Assembly: GCA_004431415.1 (NCBI GenBank)
Contig: QPMI01000453.1
Location: forward strand, 62,001-126,000
Length of the DNA: 64,000 nucleotides
Source of the DNA: Cyanophora paradoxa CCMP329
Lineage: Eukaryota; Plantae; Glaucophyta
Direction of reading: 5' to 3'
Shown: positions 23,565-36,194 of the stretch, piece after piece
How positions within the stretch are numbered: position 1 is the first letter of the stretch
Layout: each line of letters begins with the position of its first letter
Made by a program: the position numbers and the translations under genes
Notes under the pieces: generated by a model
Seen by the model: the letters and a program-made list of their open reading frames with translations, nothing else
What the model was told of the DNA's origin: nothing
Database searches by the model: none

Positions 23565-25341
23565 GCCGGCGACCTGGGCTCCAAGGTCGTGTGCCGCCCG
23601 CGCTAGTGCGCTGGCGCCCGTGGTGACTGCGCGCTGCGCCGCCGTTTGTGCTTCACGCGGTGCAACAGATACTCAGTAGATCGATCGCGCGATGTCAACT
23701 GCCGCAGTGCTTTCGGGGCTGAGCGACGACCGAGGTTCGAATATAAATTCGGGCAGCTCTAACTTGGCAGACTTATACCTGCGCTCCACTGCTGCTGCTA
23801 CGTACGCTGCTGCTCCGATCGCGAGGTTATAATGCTCATGATCAGCCGCCTCATGAGCAGCGGCTGCTGCTGCTGCTGCTGCGGATGCTGCGGATGCTGC
23901 TCATCAGGAACTCCGGTCCGCTGATGGCCCGGCGCCGCGCGCGCGCGCGTCCCGGCCCGGAGTCGACGTCCGATCCGATCGCCTGCCGTACGTAGTACCC
24001 CGCCAACAGACTCTCGAGCAAAGCTCGAGACGTCCTCTTCAGTTCCGTCTTCGTCGACGCGCAAGATCGCGCGCGATTTATTCCGCTCCGGACCGCTCGG
24101 CATGCGCATGAGAGTCCGACGGTCCGGATCCGCCCCTCCAATTAAGCTTTCAAGTTTATCGTTACTGTAGAACTGGTTAATTTAGTACAGGAAAATAATT
24201 AACACTTTAATTTGCGCCAATATTTGAAACTGACATGCGCATGCCGGCGCCGCAGTGCCGCAGTGCGCATATGCATGCGCCGCGGCGCCGCCCGCGGCGC
24301 GGCGCGCAATTAATTATAAGCATGATCATGAGCCGCTGAGCAGCTGGTAAATTTTTAGTAGGTCGACGTCGATGCAGGCTCATCATGCAGCCCGCGGCGG
24401 CCTCGTGCAGGGCCGGCTTATATTAAGCTTGTAACTTACTAAGTTAGTAATTGTATACTGTCGACGTCAATGTAGGATGTTAGACGGACTCCCGGGATCC
24501 GGATAGACGAGGTATTACGGTAACCCATTCGAATTCGTCTTAGTAACTTACTAGTTAATCCCCGTCTATAGTGCTAGCTATAGCTAACTGTGCCTAGGCT
24601 ACTAGGCTTGTATGGCGGCGGAGATCGATATCGATATCGCGATCGCCCCAGTCGACGGAGCTACCCCGGCCTACTTATTTATAAGAAGTTCTCGGCTTTT
24701 GCATGCAGGCGGGATCGAACTATTTAGTAAATCGTCGACGTCCATGCAACTAAATATTTCTAGTTCCACAGGAATTTTTTCGAAGGCTCCGGATCGCGGC
24801 GGATCCAAGTTAACGTTCCGAAGTTCCGAACTTCATCCAATTGTACTTCCTGCCAGGTTCCTGGTACTGTTTACAGGCTGCTAATAGCCTACTAGCCGGT
24901 GCATTAGAGGCCTAGGGCCGATTCGAAAACGAAACTTCGGAATTCGCGTGGCATACATGTCACTTGAGTCAGTTAATTATAACGAAAAACATGTACAACA
25001 AAACGGCTGGGCCCACGGGGTACACAGCAAAAGGCAAGTTGCGGGGTACACAGCGCGATCGATCGGCGTGCCCTGCTACGCTGTCCTGCAGCGTCCAGCC
25101 GCGAACGAGCCAGAACACGCGATGAAGTTCACCTACAGCGCCTCCACGCCGCTGGCCGTCCGGTCCGAGCAGCTGACGCTGGCCTGTGACTGGGAGCCTC
25201 TGCGTTTTGGCGCGGCGCGCACGCGGGGCGTTTCGGCGCGCCCGGCCGGCGATGCCTCCAAATCTTTGATCTTATGTGACAGCGTTGTCGATCTGCCGGA
25301 CAAGTGCGTTCAGTGACTCAGTGATAGGCCTTGCTGACGCC

Positions 25342-26232
25342 ATGGCGTTGAGCCCTGCGATCCGTCGACCCGATCCGATCCGCCAATGCCGCCGCAGGGA
25401 GCTGGACTGCGATTGCAACGGCCTGGCGGAATGTGACTGTCGCCCGACCGGGAGCGTCAAGAACGCGCTGGCGAAGACGACTCCCTCCCGTGCGGCCGCC
25501 GGGTCCACGGCCAAGCTCGCGTCCGTCGGCTCCGGCCACAAGATGGTGTGTTACACTGAGAATGCGGCGGAGCCTGCCCGATCGCCGCAGCCCCTGTTCT
25601 TGATCCTGATTTGATCCGATTGCGTTTGGCAGGTGATCCTCGTGCGGGCAGACCTCGGCATGGGCTGCGGCAAAGCCTGCGCGCAGTCGGCCCACGCGGC
25701 TGTGGCCGCATACAAGGCGGCGCCCAAGGGCGCGCTGCGGGCGTGGGAGAGCGAGGGCGGCGCCAAGATCGTTCTCCGGTGCGATCGACTCGTTTGCCTT
25801 GATTGCTTTTGACGATCAAATTCAAAGCTGAGGAACGCGTCGCTCACGCCTTCTTCTCGTATTTTCGGAGCAGCGTGAATTCGGAGCAGGAGATGCTGGA
25901 TCTCCAGCGCCGGGCAGGGTCGGCCGGCCTCACCTCCGCCGTCATCTCGGACGCCGGTGCGCGTACCCCCCCCCCGCCCGCCCCGGGCCCGCCCGGCTCG
26001 CCCTCCGGGCGCCCTCGTCAGGCCCATGGCTTGGGCCGCCCAAAGGCCTAGCCTACCCTGCCTTGGCCCCGCTTCTAGAAAGTCCCTCAGAAGGCCCTCA
26101 GAAAGTACGTCTGAAACCCGTACCCCTGCAGGGCGGACGCAGGTGGCCTCCGGAACGCGCACGGTCTGCGCCATCGGTCCGGGGCCCGTGCACGTCGTCG
26201 ACTCGGTCACGGGCCACCTCCGCCTCTACTAG
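25342..26232 (+). CDS. PTH2: Peptidyl-tRNA hydrolase 2
   Basis: KM|[23 protein letters not shown]...[12 protein letters not shown]...ISDA|[19 protein letters not shown]...VTGHLRLY*. The start is tentative. Confidence 0.93.
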
Positions 26233-26638
26233 ATAGATAGGCGGTGGGGCCGCGCCTAGCTATAGCGCTCCGGAAGAGCGCAGGCGTAGGCTACTAGGCT
26301 AGTCAGCTAGCTAGCGCTAGGGGACTATAGGGGCCCGGAAGCGCTAGCGGTAGGCTAGGGGCTCGATATCCCTCCCCCACCCCCTCGATTCCCCCTTTTT
26401 TCTCCCGACCCCGGGCCCGGCCGCGGCGGGTGTACAGTGTTTTTGCAATTGTACGTACACTTGGATCAATTTTGTGCAGCCTTGTCCCTAGTTATAATGG
26501 AAGAGCACGTTCAGAACACGTTCTTGGAAGCAGAAAAGGCCATCCCGTGGCCACATCTTACTAAGTTGATATATATATATATATATATACATTAGCGTGC
26601 GCGGAATCAAATCATGTCAAGACCAAGCTATAATTAAA

Positions 26639-29600
26639 TTAAAGAGCCGGGGCCACCCGCGGCCGCGGGGCCCGGGGCGGGGCCGCCGGCCCGCGGGCAG
26701 AGAGGAGGGCGGCCAGGCCGGGGGACAGAGAGAGCTCGCGGGAGCGCGTGAAGGGCGCCGCCAGCAGGCGGCGCGGGGGGGTACAGGGCCCGGGCCCCCC
26801 GCCCTCGGCCGGCGGCGCGGGGCTCGGCGACGACGCGGAGCTGGAGGGGGTACCCGATTCGGGGCGCCCCCCGTCCGCCTCGAGGGCGGCTCGGCGCTTG
26901 AGCTCGCGCATGCGGGCGCGGGCCGCGGCCGCCGCGATCTCTTCTCCGCGCTCGCTCGCCCGGGGGCCCGAGGCCTCGGACTGGCGGCGCGGGGCCAACG
27001 GTCCGAACGAGGGGCGGGGCCCGGGCCCGGGCCCGGGTACGGCATATGCATCCTGGCCCGGTGCCATGATCGAGACGCGGCGACGCGACCCGGACCCCCC
27101 CTCCGAGCCGCCTCCGAGCAGCCCGGGTACAGACGCCGGCGCCGGCATCATCATCGAGACGCGGCGGGCGGTGCCCGAATTCGAACCCGTACCCGTCGCG
27201 GCGCCCTCGAACGCCAGCGTCGGCTCGTAAAGGTCCAGCTCGATGGATCGGCGCGGGAGGCGGGCGAGGGGGGCGAAGCGCGGGGCCCGCGGGTCCGCCA
27301 GCGCCGCCGCGTTCCGCGCCTCGAACTCCCGCAGCGCCGAAAGGAACCGGGCAACCTGGGATACCGTGATTCCGCGCGAAGGAGAGAGAACTCCCGAACT
27401 CCCCCCCCCCCCTCCCCCCCCCCCTTGTGCCCCGTTCCCCCGCCTTAGGCTCACCTGAGCGTCGAGGGGCTCGTCGTCTCCCCCCGAGAGGAGCTCGCCG
27501 CCGTACCGCAGGTCGGCGCACCGGCAGAGCGCCTGCGCTCAGATCAGATCAGATCAGATCAGATCTGATATGATATGGTCCGATCCGGCCAGAGGCCTCT
27601 GTCAAGCACTAAGCACTAGTCAGATTTATCGTATCGGATCGAAGCTAAATCTGAATCTAGACACATCGAAGCTCGGGCCGTTCGAAAGAGGGCTTCGAGG
27701 CGGCCCGCTGCTTCCCCTCTCCCCCCTCGAAGAAGAAGAAAGGCCCTCAGAGGGGCGGACGGCCCCGCCCTTCTTCCCGCCCCCTTCTGAGGGCCTCCAC
27801 AGGCCCTCAGAGGGCGGACGGTCCCGCCCTTCAAAGGCTTCTTGACCCGGTGTGTCCTCAGAGGGGCGGACGGCCCTTTCCCCTCCCCCTCCTCCCCCCT
27901 CGAAACCCTTCGTTCGCACCTCGACGAAGGAGTCGAGGCCGGCCTGGGACGCGTCGGCGTCCAGGGCGGCCAGGTCGTCGGCCCCGGCCCGCGCCCCGGC
28001 CTCCACCGACGCCAGCAGGAACGCCTGGCGAGGGATCATGAGTGAAATTAGGGGTTTGGGAGAGCTTTAAGTTACAATGAGGGGCTTTGAGACCGCTCTT
28101 CCCAAGCTACTGTTGTGTATAGTTAGTTACCTCGCGGACGCCGCGGAGGGTGAGGGACTCGTTCAGCAGGCCGGCGTCCTCGAACAGCCTGGAGAGGGAC
28201 GAGGGGGGCGAGATCAGATCAGATCGGATCGGATCGGATCAGATCAGATCAGATCGGATCGGATGGGGCCGGCGGGCTGGGTTAGAGAGAAGCTGCTGAA
28301 GGCCCCCTATATTTCTAATCTCCTGGACCTAAGCCTCGAAGCAAAACCTAGACAAGGGCGGGCGCATGCGCACTGCGTGAACTCGTCCAGGCTCATCAGA
28401 GAGAACGGGCCCCTTATCTAATCTAATCTCCTAGACAAGAAGATCGGGACCTAATCTAATCTAACCCATCTACTAATCTAAGGGCGGGCGGGCGGGCGCA
28501 CTGCGTGAACTCGTCGAGGCTCATCAGCTTGGCGTCGTGATGATGAGAGTCCGGGCGGGCGCCGCCACCGCCGCTGCCGCCCCGGGAGGAGAAGGAGGCG
28601 CCGGCGGCGGCCTCCAGAGCGTCCCGCGAGGCGTAGGCGGCGAAGAGGCGCTGCAGGAGCGGCATGGAGCCGGCCAGGAGGGCCTGAGACAGAGAGAAAG
28701 AAAGAAGTGTGAGCAGCACGAAGCTAGCTGCCATGGAGGGAAAGGGGGGAGGCGGCTTCAGCTCAGGCCGGCGGAGGGCACCTGGATGGTCGGCTGCCCC
28801 AGCTGCTCCCGGAAGGCTTCGACCTGAGCGGGCACGAACGACCCGCCAGTGAGAGGCGGAGGGGCGGGCCGAGGCCTAGGCCTAGGGACGCCCAAAGCTC
28901 TAGCTCTAGCTAGCTCTTGATCTAGCTCTAGATGTAGATCTAGGCCTAGTTCTAGAATCAGGGGACTCTCAGGGCCTGCAATCGCTTGCCTTGCGCTTCT
29001 TGGCGCGTGCGAGGACGTCGCCGACCAGCAGCGTGACGAGCCGCTGACGGAGCGAGGCGGGGGCGGCCCCGGCCCCCGAGGCCGAGGCGGAGGGGCGGGC
29101 GGAGGGGCGGGCGCCGCCGCCGCGGGCGTGTGCGAGGCGGAGGAGGCAGAGGAGGAACTCCCCTATGTGCAGCGTGCTCGTGTCGTTCGCCTGCGCAGAT
29201 AGAACGCGGGCAATCAGAACGGAATCGCTTATTAGATCGCCTATTAGAAGCTATTGTTATAATTAAGCTATAAGTGCGATCTATTAGAACGAGCTTCTAA
29301 TAATTATAAGCGATACGAGCAATCAGAACGGCCGCTTATGGAGGATGCGGGAGGAGGATGCTCGCTCGAACCTGCAGCTCGGCGGGCGTTGCGGCGGCGA
29401 CGGCGGCGGCCGTGGCGGGGCGCCCGTTCGCCCCGTCCCCCTCGCTGGGCCCCTCCGGCTCCAGGAGACCGTTCGCCAGGGCGGCCAGGCCCGGAATCGA
29501 TATCGAGGCGGAGGCGGGGGAAGCGAGGCCCGCCGCAGCCGTGGCCGGCCGGCTGCGCACGAGGTAGGTAGGGGTTCGTTCAGTCACGCTCAGACCCAGG

Positions 29601-32029
29601 CCGGCGGTCCACCTACGCGCCGGCCGGCGGTCTAATTACAGGGCCCGGGGCCTAGGACGACGCGCGGGCCTGGAGGGTCAAGCCACGCCTAGACCTGCCA
29701 GCATGGGGCCGGGCCGCCCGCGCGGACATGGCCTAGTACTTGACCAAGGTGGATCTAGAGGGAGGCGCCGGCTAGCTATAAAGCTATAGCTAATTAGGGC
29801 TTCAGTGCCTATCTATCTATATGCAGATGTCTCCTCACAGGGCCAGCGGCCTAGATCTAGATCTCATTGCGGAGCCGGATCGGACCTGGCCTCCCGGTCG
29901 GCTGAGTAGTTGTAGTACTTGTCGCTCACCGCGTTCACCGCGCTGAAGATGCCCCGCAGCTCTGCGGGGGTGGTCATGATTATAAGGACTTCAGCTTGTC
30001 TAATACTTTCGGTTCGTCTAAAGGCTTCTTATCATGTATAATGCCTTCCACTGGAATCATCAAGATCTGTTGCACGGGTTTCTGACCTTGGACGGGGAGA
30101 CCGGAGCGCCCGGCGAGGCGGCAGTCGCGGCAGAACGCGACGAACTCCCGCGCGCCCCTGCGCGCCGCGTGCGGGGGGGGGAGGTCATGATCAGACCGAG
30201 GTCCCGGAATAAACAATGAAACGGTGCGAGAAGGGGGGGGGAGAGGGGTGGTTCGGAAGCTCAGGCGCACATGGTGGCGAGCTCGGAGGCCGAGGCGCCG
30301 GCGCCGGCGTCATAGAGGGTCTAATAATAGACAGGAGCGGCCTGAAACAAACTAGAAAAGCCTAAGGAGCCAGGAGCGGCCTATACTAGAGTGCCGCCCA
30401 CTTTCCGACTCCCAACTAGCCCTGGTCGTCGGCTCTAAGCGCCGCGCACTAGACCAGATCAAATTCAAAACCAGATCAAATTCAAAACCGGATCAAATTC
30501 AAAACCGGCGCACATGGTGGCGAGCTCGGAGGCCGAGGCGCCGGCGCCGGCGTCCCCCGAGAAGTCCATCCGCGCGTAGAAGAAGAACGCCTCCCGGATC
30601 TAATTGCAGATCAAATTGTAGATCTAATTGCAATCCCGGCGGAAGCGGAAGCCCCCTCCAAAACAGAGGTGACTAAGATCTAAGCTCAAAGCTACGGCGA
30701 AGCCGGATCTAATTGTAGAAGGGGGCGGGGCGGGCAGGAGGCGAGGGGAAGTGAGGGGAGGAGAGTGGGATCGAATTCGAAAGGGCGGCGGCCCGCGTAC
30801 CCCGCTGTACTTGGACCACAGGAGCTCGTGGACGGGTATCACCTCCTGCGGTTCGCGAATTTGAAAATTCAAATTCGAATTCGAGCGGGCGCCGGGAGGG
30901 GTACACGTAGGCCGCCCGCACCTCGACGCTGTACCCCAGGAACTCGACCTCCTTCCGCAGCACAGAGGGCGGCATGAACTGAGCGCCGGCGGGCGGAGAC
31001 GTGAGGCCACGGAGTGAGGGGAAGATTTGGCCGGGGGTACCATGTCGAATTCCTTTCGGATCTGGAGCTCCGCTTCGTGCGCGGCGCGCGCCTCGCGGGC
31101 GGCGATGCCATCGGGGTTCTGGCGCGCCGCGCGGGCAGACTCGAGCGCCGCGCGCTCCTTGGGAGTGAGGTGCGTCCGCAGGAAGTGCGCGAATCGCGGG
31201 TCGCTGCGAAGCAGGGCGCGCGGGCGTGAACGACAACGTCAGCGACGGGCGGGGTGCAGGGATGGATCGGATCGGAGCAGGGGTTCACCTGTGGTGCGGG
31301 TAGCACTGCTGCCTCCGAAAAAGATCCACGGGGTCACCTGGGAATTTGGTGAATGGCGCGAGCATGCGTGCGCGAGCCCGAGGCGAGCTCGTGGTGCGGA
31401 AGCTAGAGCTGAGAGCCGGGCGGACCGACGTAGAGATCGCCGAATCGTAAGCTTAAGTTTGTTTAAAGCTCTTATTGCGTATTGCCTTGTTGCCTTTTAG
31501 CGATGTCGTGCTATGAGCGCGAGCACGTATACGGACCGACGTAGAGCTCGCCGAATCGTAAGCTTAAGTTTGTTTCAAACTCTTATAGCGATGTCGTGCT
31601 ATGAGCACGTATACGGACCGACGTAGAGCTCGCCCTTGGTCACGCGGTCCGTCGCGGAGCCGAGCCTCAGCGGGTCCGGGTCCCAGTTGAACGCATCCAG
31701 GCGCGCTAGCGTCAGCCGCGGCCGCGGATCGGATGGCGTCAGCCGCGGACGCGGGGGCGGGGCGGGGCGGGGGTGCTCTAGATCTGGATCTGCAGCTGGG
31801 GCGCACCGGCGTCGATCGAAATGAAGCCGCCGCGAAGGCCGAGCTCCTTCTCGATGTCGACGAGCTTCTTCGGCTTGAGGGGAAGCTTGATCTTCGGCTT
31901 GGCGGGCGTCGTGTTGGGCGAGGCCCCCTCGTCGCGCCGACTATGCGAGGACGCGGCGCTCCCGGTGCGCCCCGCCGCGGAGACCGGAGCCGGAACTGTC
32001 AGCGTGCGCTGCAATTCTCCCAGGCCCAT
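26639..32029 (-). CDS. Hypothetical protein with tandem p25alpha/EF-hand-like helical repeats, possibly flagellar-associated
   Basis: Exons IREAFFFYA, REFVAFCRDCRL, ELRGIFSAVN, LHIGEFLLCLLRLA, LQRLFAAYA, MSLDEFTQ|LFEDAGLL, SFVE|ALCRCADLRY, followed by a low-complexity tail. The family call rests on motif resemblance only. Confidence 0.6.
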
Positions 32030-33608
32030 GCCTGCCTGCTCAAGCCGCTCTGGCTAAGGCTGCAAGCGCGTGGCCGAATCGTCCGGTTCGCCTCTTCAGC
32101 AGCTTGGGGGGCGCACCCAGCCGCGCTGGGGCGCGCGGTGAAGCGCGCGCATCCAGAGGGCCGCAGCTAAATGTGCCTGGACCAGCGGTCTCGCTTGTAA
32201 AAGGCTTCGCCAGGGTACCGCGAAGTTCGTTGAACTGGCCTGCTGTCATCGCCCGCGGTTGCCGCCAACTGCCATCCACGCAGAAGCAGTTGAAATGCCG
32301 GCAGTGCGCGTTCGGCTGCTGTCGGGAAGTCGTTCGAGGTGCAGGCAGGCGACCGGGACCAGCTTCTGAGGAGGCTGGCGGACGTGTGCGAGGAGCACTG
32401 GGTGCACGAAGCAAAGCTCGTGCTCGTCAAGGGAACAGGTGCCGAGAGCGAGGACGTCGAGCTCGTCGATGGCCCGCTCGACTCGCAGGGCGTACGGCCG
32501 GGCGGTGCGCCGCCCCGCCGCACGCGCCGAGTCCCCCGCGATGCATGCCTGAGCGCTCCAGCAGACACGGTGCTGGCGCTGAAGCGGCGAAGAGCGCCCA
32601 GAATGACATCTGCGTCGGTGCGTGTGCGTTTCGAGCGGCCGGGGCCGGCGCGGCGCGGCGCGCGGCGCTAACGCAGCGATGCAGATGGATCCCGAGCCGG
32701 GCCCCACGGCAAACGACATCGCTGCAGTCCTTGGCCACAAGCCGAAGGTGCACGGCGCCGCAGGCGAGGCCCCTCGTCGCGCCGACTATGCGAGGACGCG
32801 GCGCTCCCGGTGCGCCCCGCCGCGGAGACCGGAGCCGGAACTGTCAGCGTGCGCTGCAATTCTCCCAGGCCCATGCCTGCCTGCTCAAGCCGCTCTGGCT
32901 AAGGCTGCAAGCGCGTGGCCGAATCGTCCGGTTCGCCTCTTCAGCAGCTTGGGGGGCGCACCCAGCCGCGCTGGGGCGCGCGGTGAAGCGCGCGCATCCA
33001 GAGGGCCGCAGCTAAATGTGCCTGGACCAGCGGTCTCGCTTGTAAAAGGCTTCGCCAGGGTACCGCGAAGTTCGTTGAACTGGCCTGCTGTCATCGCCCG
33101 CGGTTGCCGCCAACTGCCATCCACGCAGAAGCAGTTGAAATGCCGGCAGTGCGCGTTCGGCTGCTGTCGGGGAAGTCGTTCGAGGTGCAGGCAGGCGACC
33201 GGGACCAGCTTCTGAGGAGGCTGGCGGACGTGTGCGAGGAGCACTGGGTGCACGAAGCAAAGCTCGTGCTCGTCAAGGGAACAGGTGCCGAGAGCGAGGA
33301 CGTCGAGCTCGTCGATGGCCCGCTCGACTCGCAGGGCGTACGGCCGGGCGGTGCGCCGCCCCGCCGCACGCGCCGAGTCCCCCGCGATGCATGCCTGAGC
33401 GCTCCAGCAGACACGGTGCTGGCGCTGAAGCGGCGAAGAGCGCCCAGAATGACATCTGCGTCGGTGCGTGTGCGTTTCGAGCGGCCGGGGCCGGCGCGGC
33501 GCGGCGCGCGGCGCTAACGCAGCGATGCAGATGGATCCCGAGCCGGGCCCCACGGCAAACGACATCGCTGCAGTCCTTGGCCACAAGCCGAAGGTGCACG
33601 GCGCCGCA
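31917..33608. repeat. Near-perfect 846-bp direct tandem duplication (31917-32762 and 32763-33608) containing a bidirectional promoter and the 5' ends of two divergent genes
   Basis: The copies match on direct reading except for two 1-nt homopolymer differences: C5 vs C4 near the start, and G3 vs G4 in CTGTCGG(G)GAAG. Confidence 0.95.
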
Positions 33609-35703
33609 TCGCGTTTGACTTGCGCGGCGCGCTGAGCGGGCCGCGGCGCGTGCGCAGGAGGCCGGCAGCGTGCGCCTGCAGATCAGCGACCTAATGGCCG
33701 CGCTCGCTGGAATCTCGGCGGCGGCGCGGGCGGCCGGCGAGCCGGACGGCGAGGAGGAGGAGGCGCCGTCCTCCCCCGCCGCCCCGCCCGAGCCCGACGC
33801 CCAAGCCGTGCGGCTCTTCACGGTACCGCCAGCCGCGCGCTCCCTTCCTCTATCTCATACACAGTTTCTGAAACGCTTCGTTCGCTCGGAAGGACATGGG
33901 CTTCCCGGAGGCGCGTACCCGGAAGGCGCTCGTCCTCTCCGGGAACAACACGCAGCGCGCGATGGACTGGCTCCTCTCCCACGCCGACGACCCGAACGCG
34001 GACCGGCCCCTAACCGAAGCCGAGTTGGCGGCACTGACCGCGCCGGCGAGGCCCCACCGGCCCCCTGCCGCCTCCTCCTCCTCGGGACCCGATCCGGAGG
34101 TCCGCTCGCTGTCTCAGATTTGATCCGTCTCCAAGATTTGATCCGCCCCGCCCGGCGTTCCTCACGCGCGCGTGTACCCCCCCCCAGCTCGTCCGCCGCT
34201 TGGTGGAGATGGGCTTTCCCGAATCGGACGCCCAGCAGGCCCTCCAGGTACCCCCCACCCCTCCTTCTCGCCCCCCCCCCCGTCGGCCTTTGCTGACGTA
34301 CCCCCGCCTCCCCCTCCCCAGGCCACCCGGAACCGGTGCGAGGCGGCCTGCCCGCTCCAACTCGCCCCCCACCCCTCTCGCTCTCCAACCTCCAATCCCG
34401 CACTCCCGCCCTCGCCCCTTAACTAACTGCCCCTCTTAAATAACTGCCCCTAACTGCCCTAACTGCCCCTCCAGGTTCGAGGCGGCGTGCTCGTGGCTCC
34501 TGGGCGACCGAAGCGTCGTGGAGAGCCTCGAGGAGCTCGAGAACGCAGCCCTGGTTCAGGTGAGCGGGGAGGGGGGTACGCACGTAAAAGGCGGAGGCTC
34601 AGGAGGAGGAAGAGGCTCGCGAGGGGGGGGGGGGGGGGGGGGGGGGGGGGCTTGCTAGCTTCGCTCGCTACGTACGCACGTAGACGGCGGGGGAGGGCCC
34701 AGGTGGAGGAGGAGGGTCGCTCGCTCGCGACGGGGGGTGGGCTAGCTAGCTAGCTTCGCTCGCTCTCGGACTGACCGACGTATACGCACCCCGCCCTCCC
34801 TCCCTCCCCAGGGGAGGGCCCTAGGAGGCCCGCTCGCTCGCTCGCGGGAGGGGGGGGAGGGGGGGGAGGGGGGCGCTCGCTATCGGGACTGACCGACGTA
34901 CCCCGCCCTCCCTTCCCCCTCCCTCGCTCGTGCGCGCAGCACCTGCTTCGGTCCCCGCAACTCATCGCCGCCATCGCATCGCCCCGCATCGCCCGCGGTG
35001 CCCTCCCTCCCCCCCTCCCCTCCCCCCCCCCTTCTTCCTGGCCAGCGGACCTAGACATCCTCCCCCCCCCTCTCTCCCCCCCCCCGGCCCTATTTTCCCG
35101 CGGTGCCGTCCTCCCTCCCTCCCTCCTTCCCTCTTTCCGCCGTCTCCCCGCCTTCCTTCCCCCGCTTAGACCCCGCCCTCCCGCGTGCCTTCCCGCGGCG
35201 CCTCGCCCTCGCCCGCTCGCGCCCTCCTCCCCTTGCTCACGCGCCTCGCCCCCCCTTTTCTTTCCTTTCGCAGTCTTCCGGCAGATCGCGGAGGAGCCCG
35301 ACAGCGCGGCGCGGTTCCTTGCGGACCCCGAGGTGAGCGCGAGAAAGAGCTGAACTTAAGAGTTGAAGTTCAGGCTTAGTTAGGGCTTCGAGGTTTAGAG
35401 TTGGGGAGAGAGCTGAACTTAAGAGTTGAAGTGAGTGATAGGACACGAAAGATGGAAGATAGATGGGAGGTTTTTGGAAGGGATAGGAGAAAGATACGGA
35501 GGTTGAAGCTTGGAGTTGACGATTCGGGCTCGAGCGTTGGGGAGGCCGCGCCCCGCCCCGCCCCGCCCCGCCCCGTGCCCCGCGCCTCCTCATGATCACG
35601 CCCCGCCCCGCCCCGCCCCCCGCCCCCTGCGCGGCGCCGGCAGGTCCGGCCCATCCTCCTTCAGCTCCATGCCCTCGCCTCCCGCGCCCGCGCCGGGCAC
35701 TGA
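33140..35703 (+). CDS. UBL-UBA-UBA-STI1 ubiquitin shuttle protein, UBAC1/KPC2-like
   Basis: UBL-like MPAVRVRLLSGKSFEV...PG|DTVLAL. UBA1 DMGFPEARTRKALVLSGNNTQRAMDWLLSH. UBA2 LVEMGFPESDAQQALQ|ATRNR|FEAACSWLLG. STI1-like FRQIAEEPDSAARFLADPE|VRPILLQ. Confidence 0.8.
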
Positions 35704-35842
35704 TCACGAGCCCGCGATCGATCACTGGCCATATGACCTCCGAGGCCCCCCTCCCTGCCCCTCTCTGTACCCCTCGAGCTCCGTATGGTATGCTTATCTG
35801 ATCTGAACCTCCAATCATGCGCATGCGCAGCCTTATAATTAG

Positions 35843-35903
35843 GTATGCCTGCCACAAGCAGCCTTGCTGCTAAGCAATTCTAAGCCAAGTCTGATCATGA
35901 AGT
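35843..35903. repeat. Repeat B, terminal copy (61 bp; 4 mismatches to the internal copy at 39617-39677)
   Basis: gtatgcctgccacaagcagcc...ctgatcatgaagt is present at both positions. Confidence 0.9.
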
Positions 35904-36194
35904 GAAGGTCTGGATTCGCGCAGGCGAAGCAGCGAAGACAGACACATGGCTCGTCGCACGCAGGACAGTGCAAGCTGCAAAGGGAAAAGGGGCATCAGAC
36001 AAGGGGTACAGAAAATATAGCTGGGTACACGTGTACATGTAGGGTATAAGGTTGGGCTAATTTGCAACAAAAGGGGTAAGCTAATTTGCAACAAAAGGTG
36101 TACGAGAAGAGCTGCTGCGAACGCAGCAGCTAAGTACTACATGCCGACACAGACGCTGCGAACGCAGCAGACAGCAAGGGTACACAAAACAAGG

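Noticed and set aside
23798-24141. Short minus-strand ORFs with poly-Q/poly-S
   Set aside because: They derive from a CAG microsatellite with no motif, and are more likely 5' UTR of the response regulator.
24130-24990. Cloning-vector multiple cloning site contamination
   Set aside because: The site order matches no polylinker I recognise, there is no vector backbone, and the same palindromic style occurs in introns throughout.
32255-32275. RFX X-box-like GTTGCCGCCAAC in a divergent promoter
   Set aside because: The match is imperfect and not repeated at the other promoters, so chance is likely.
32040-33620. Many overlapping 100-300-aa ORFs
   Set aside because: They are read-through products of the 846-bp duplication and high GC.
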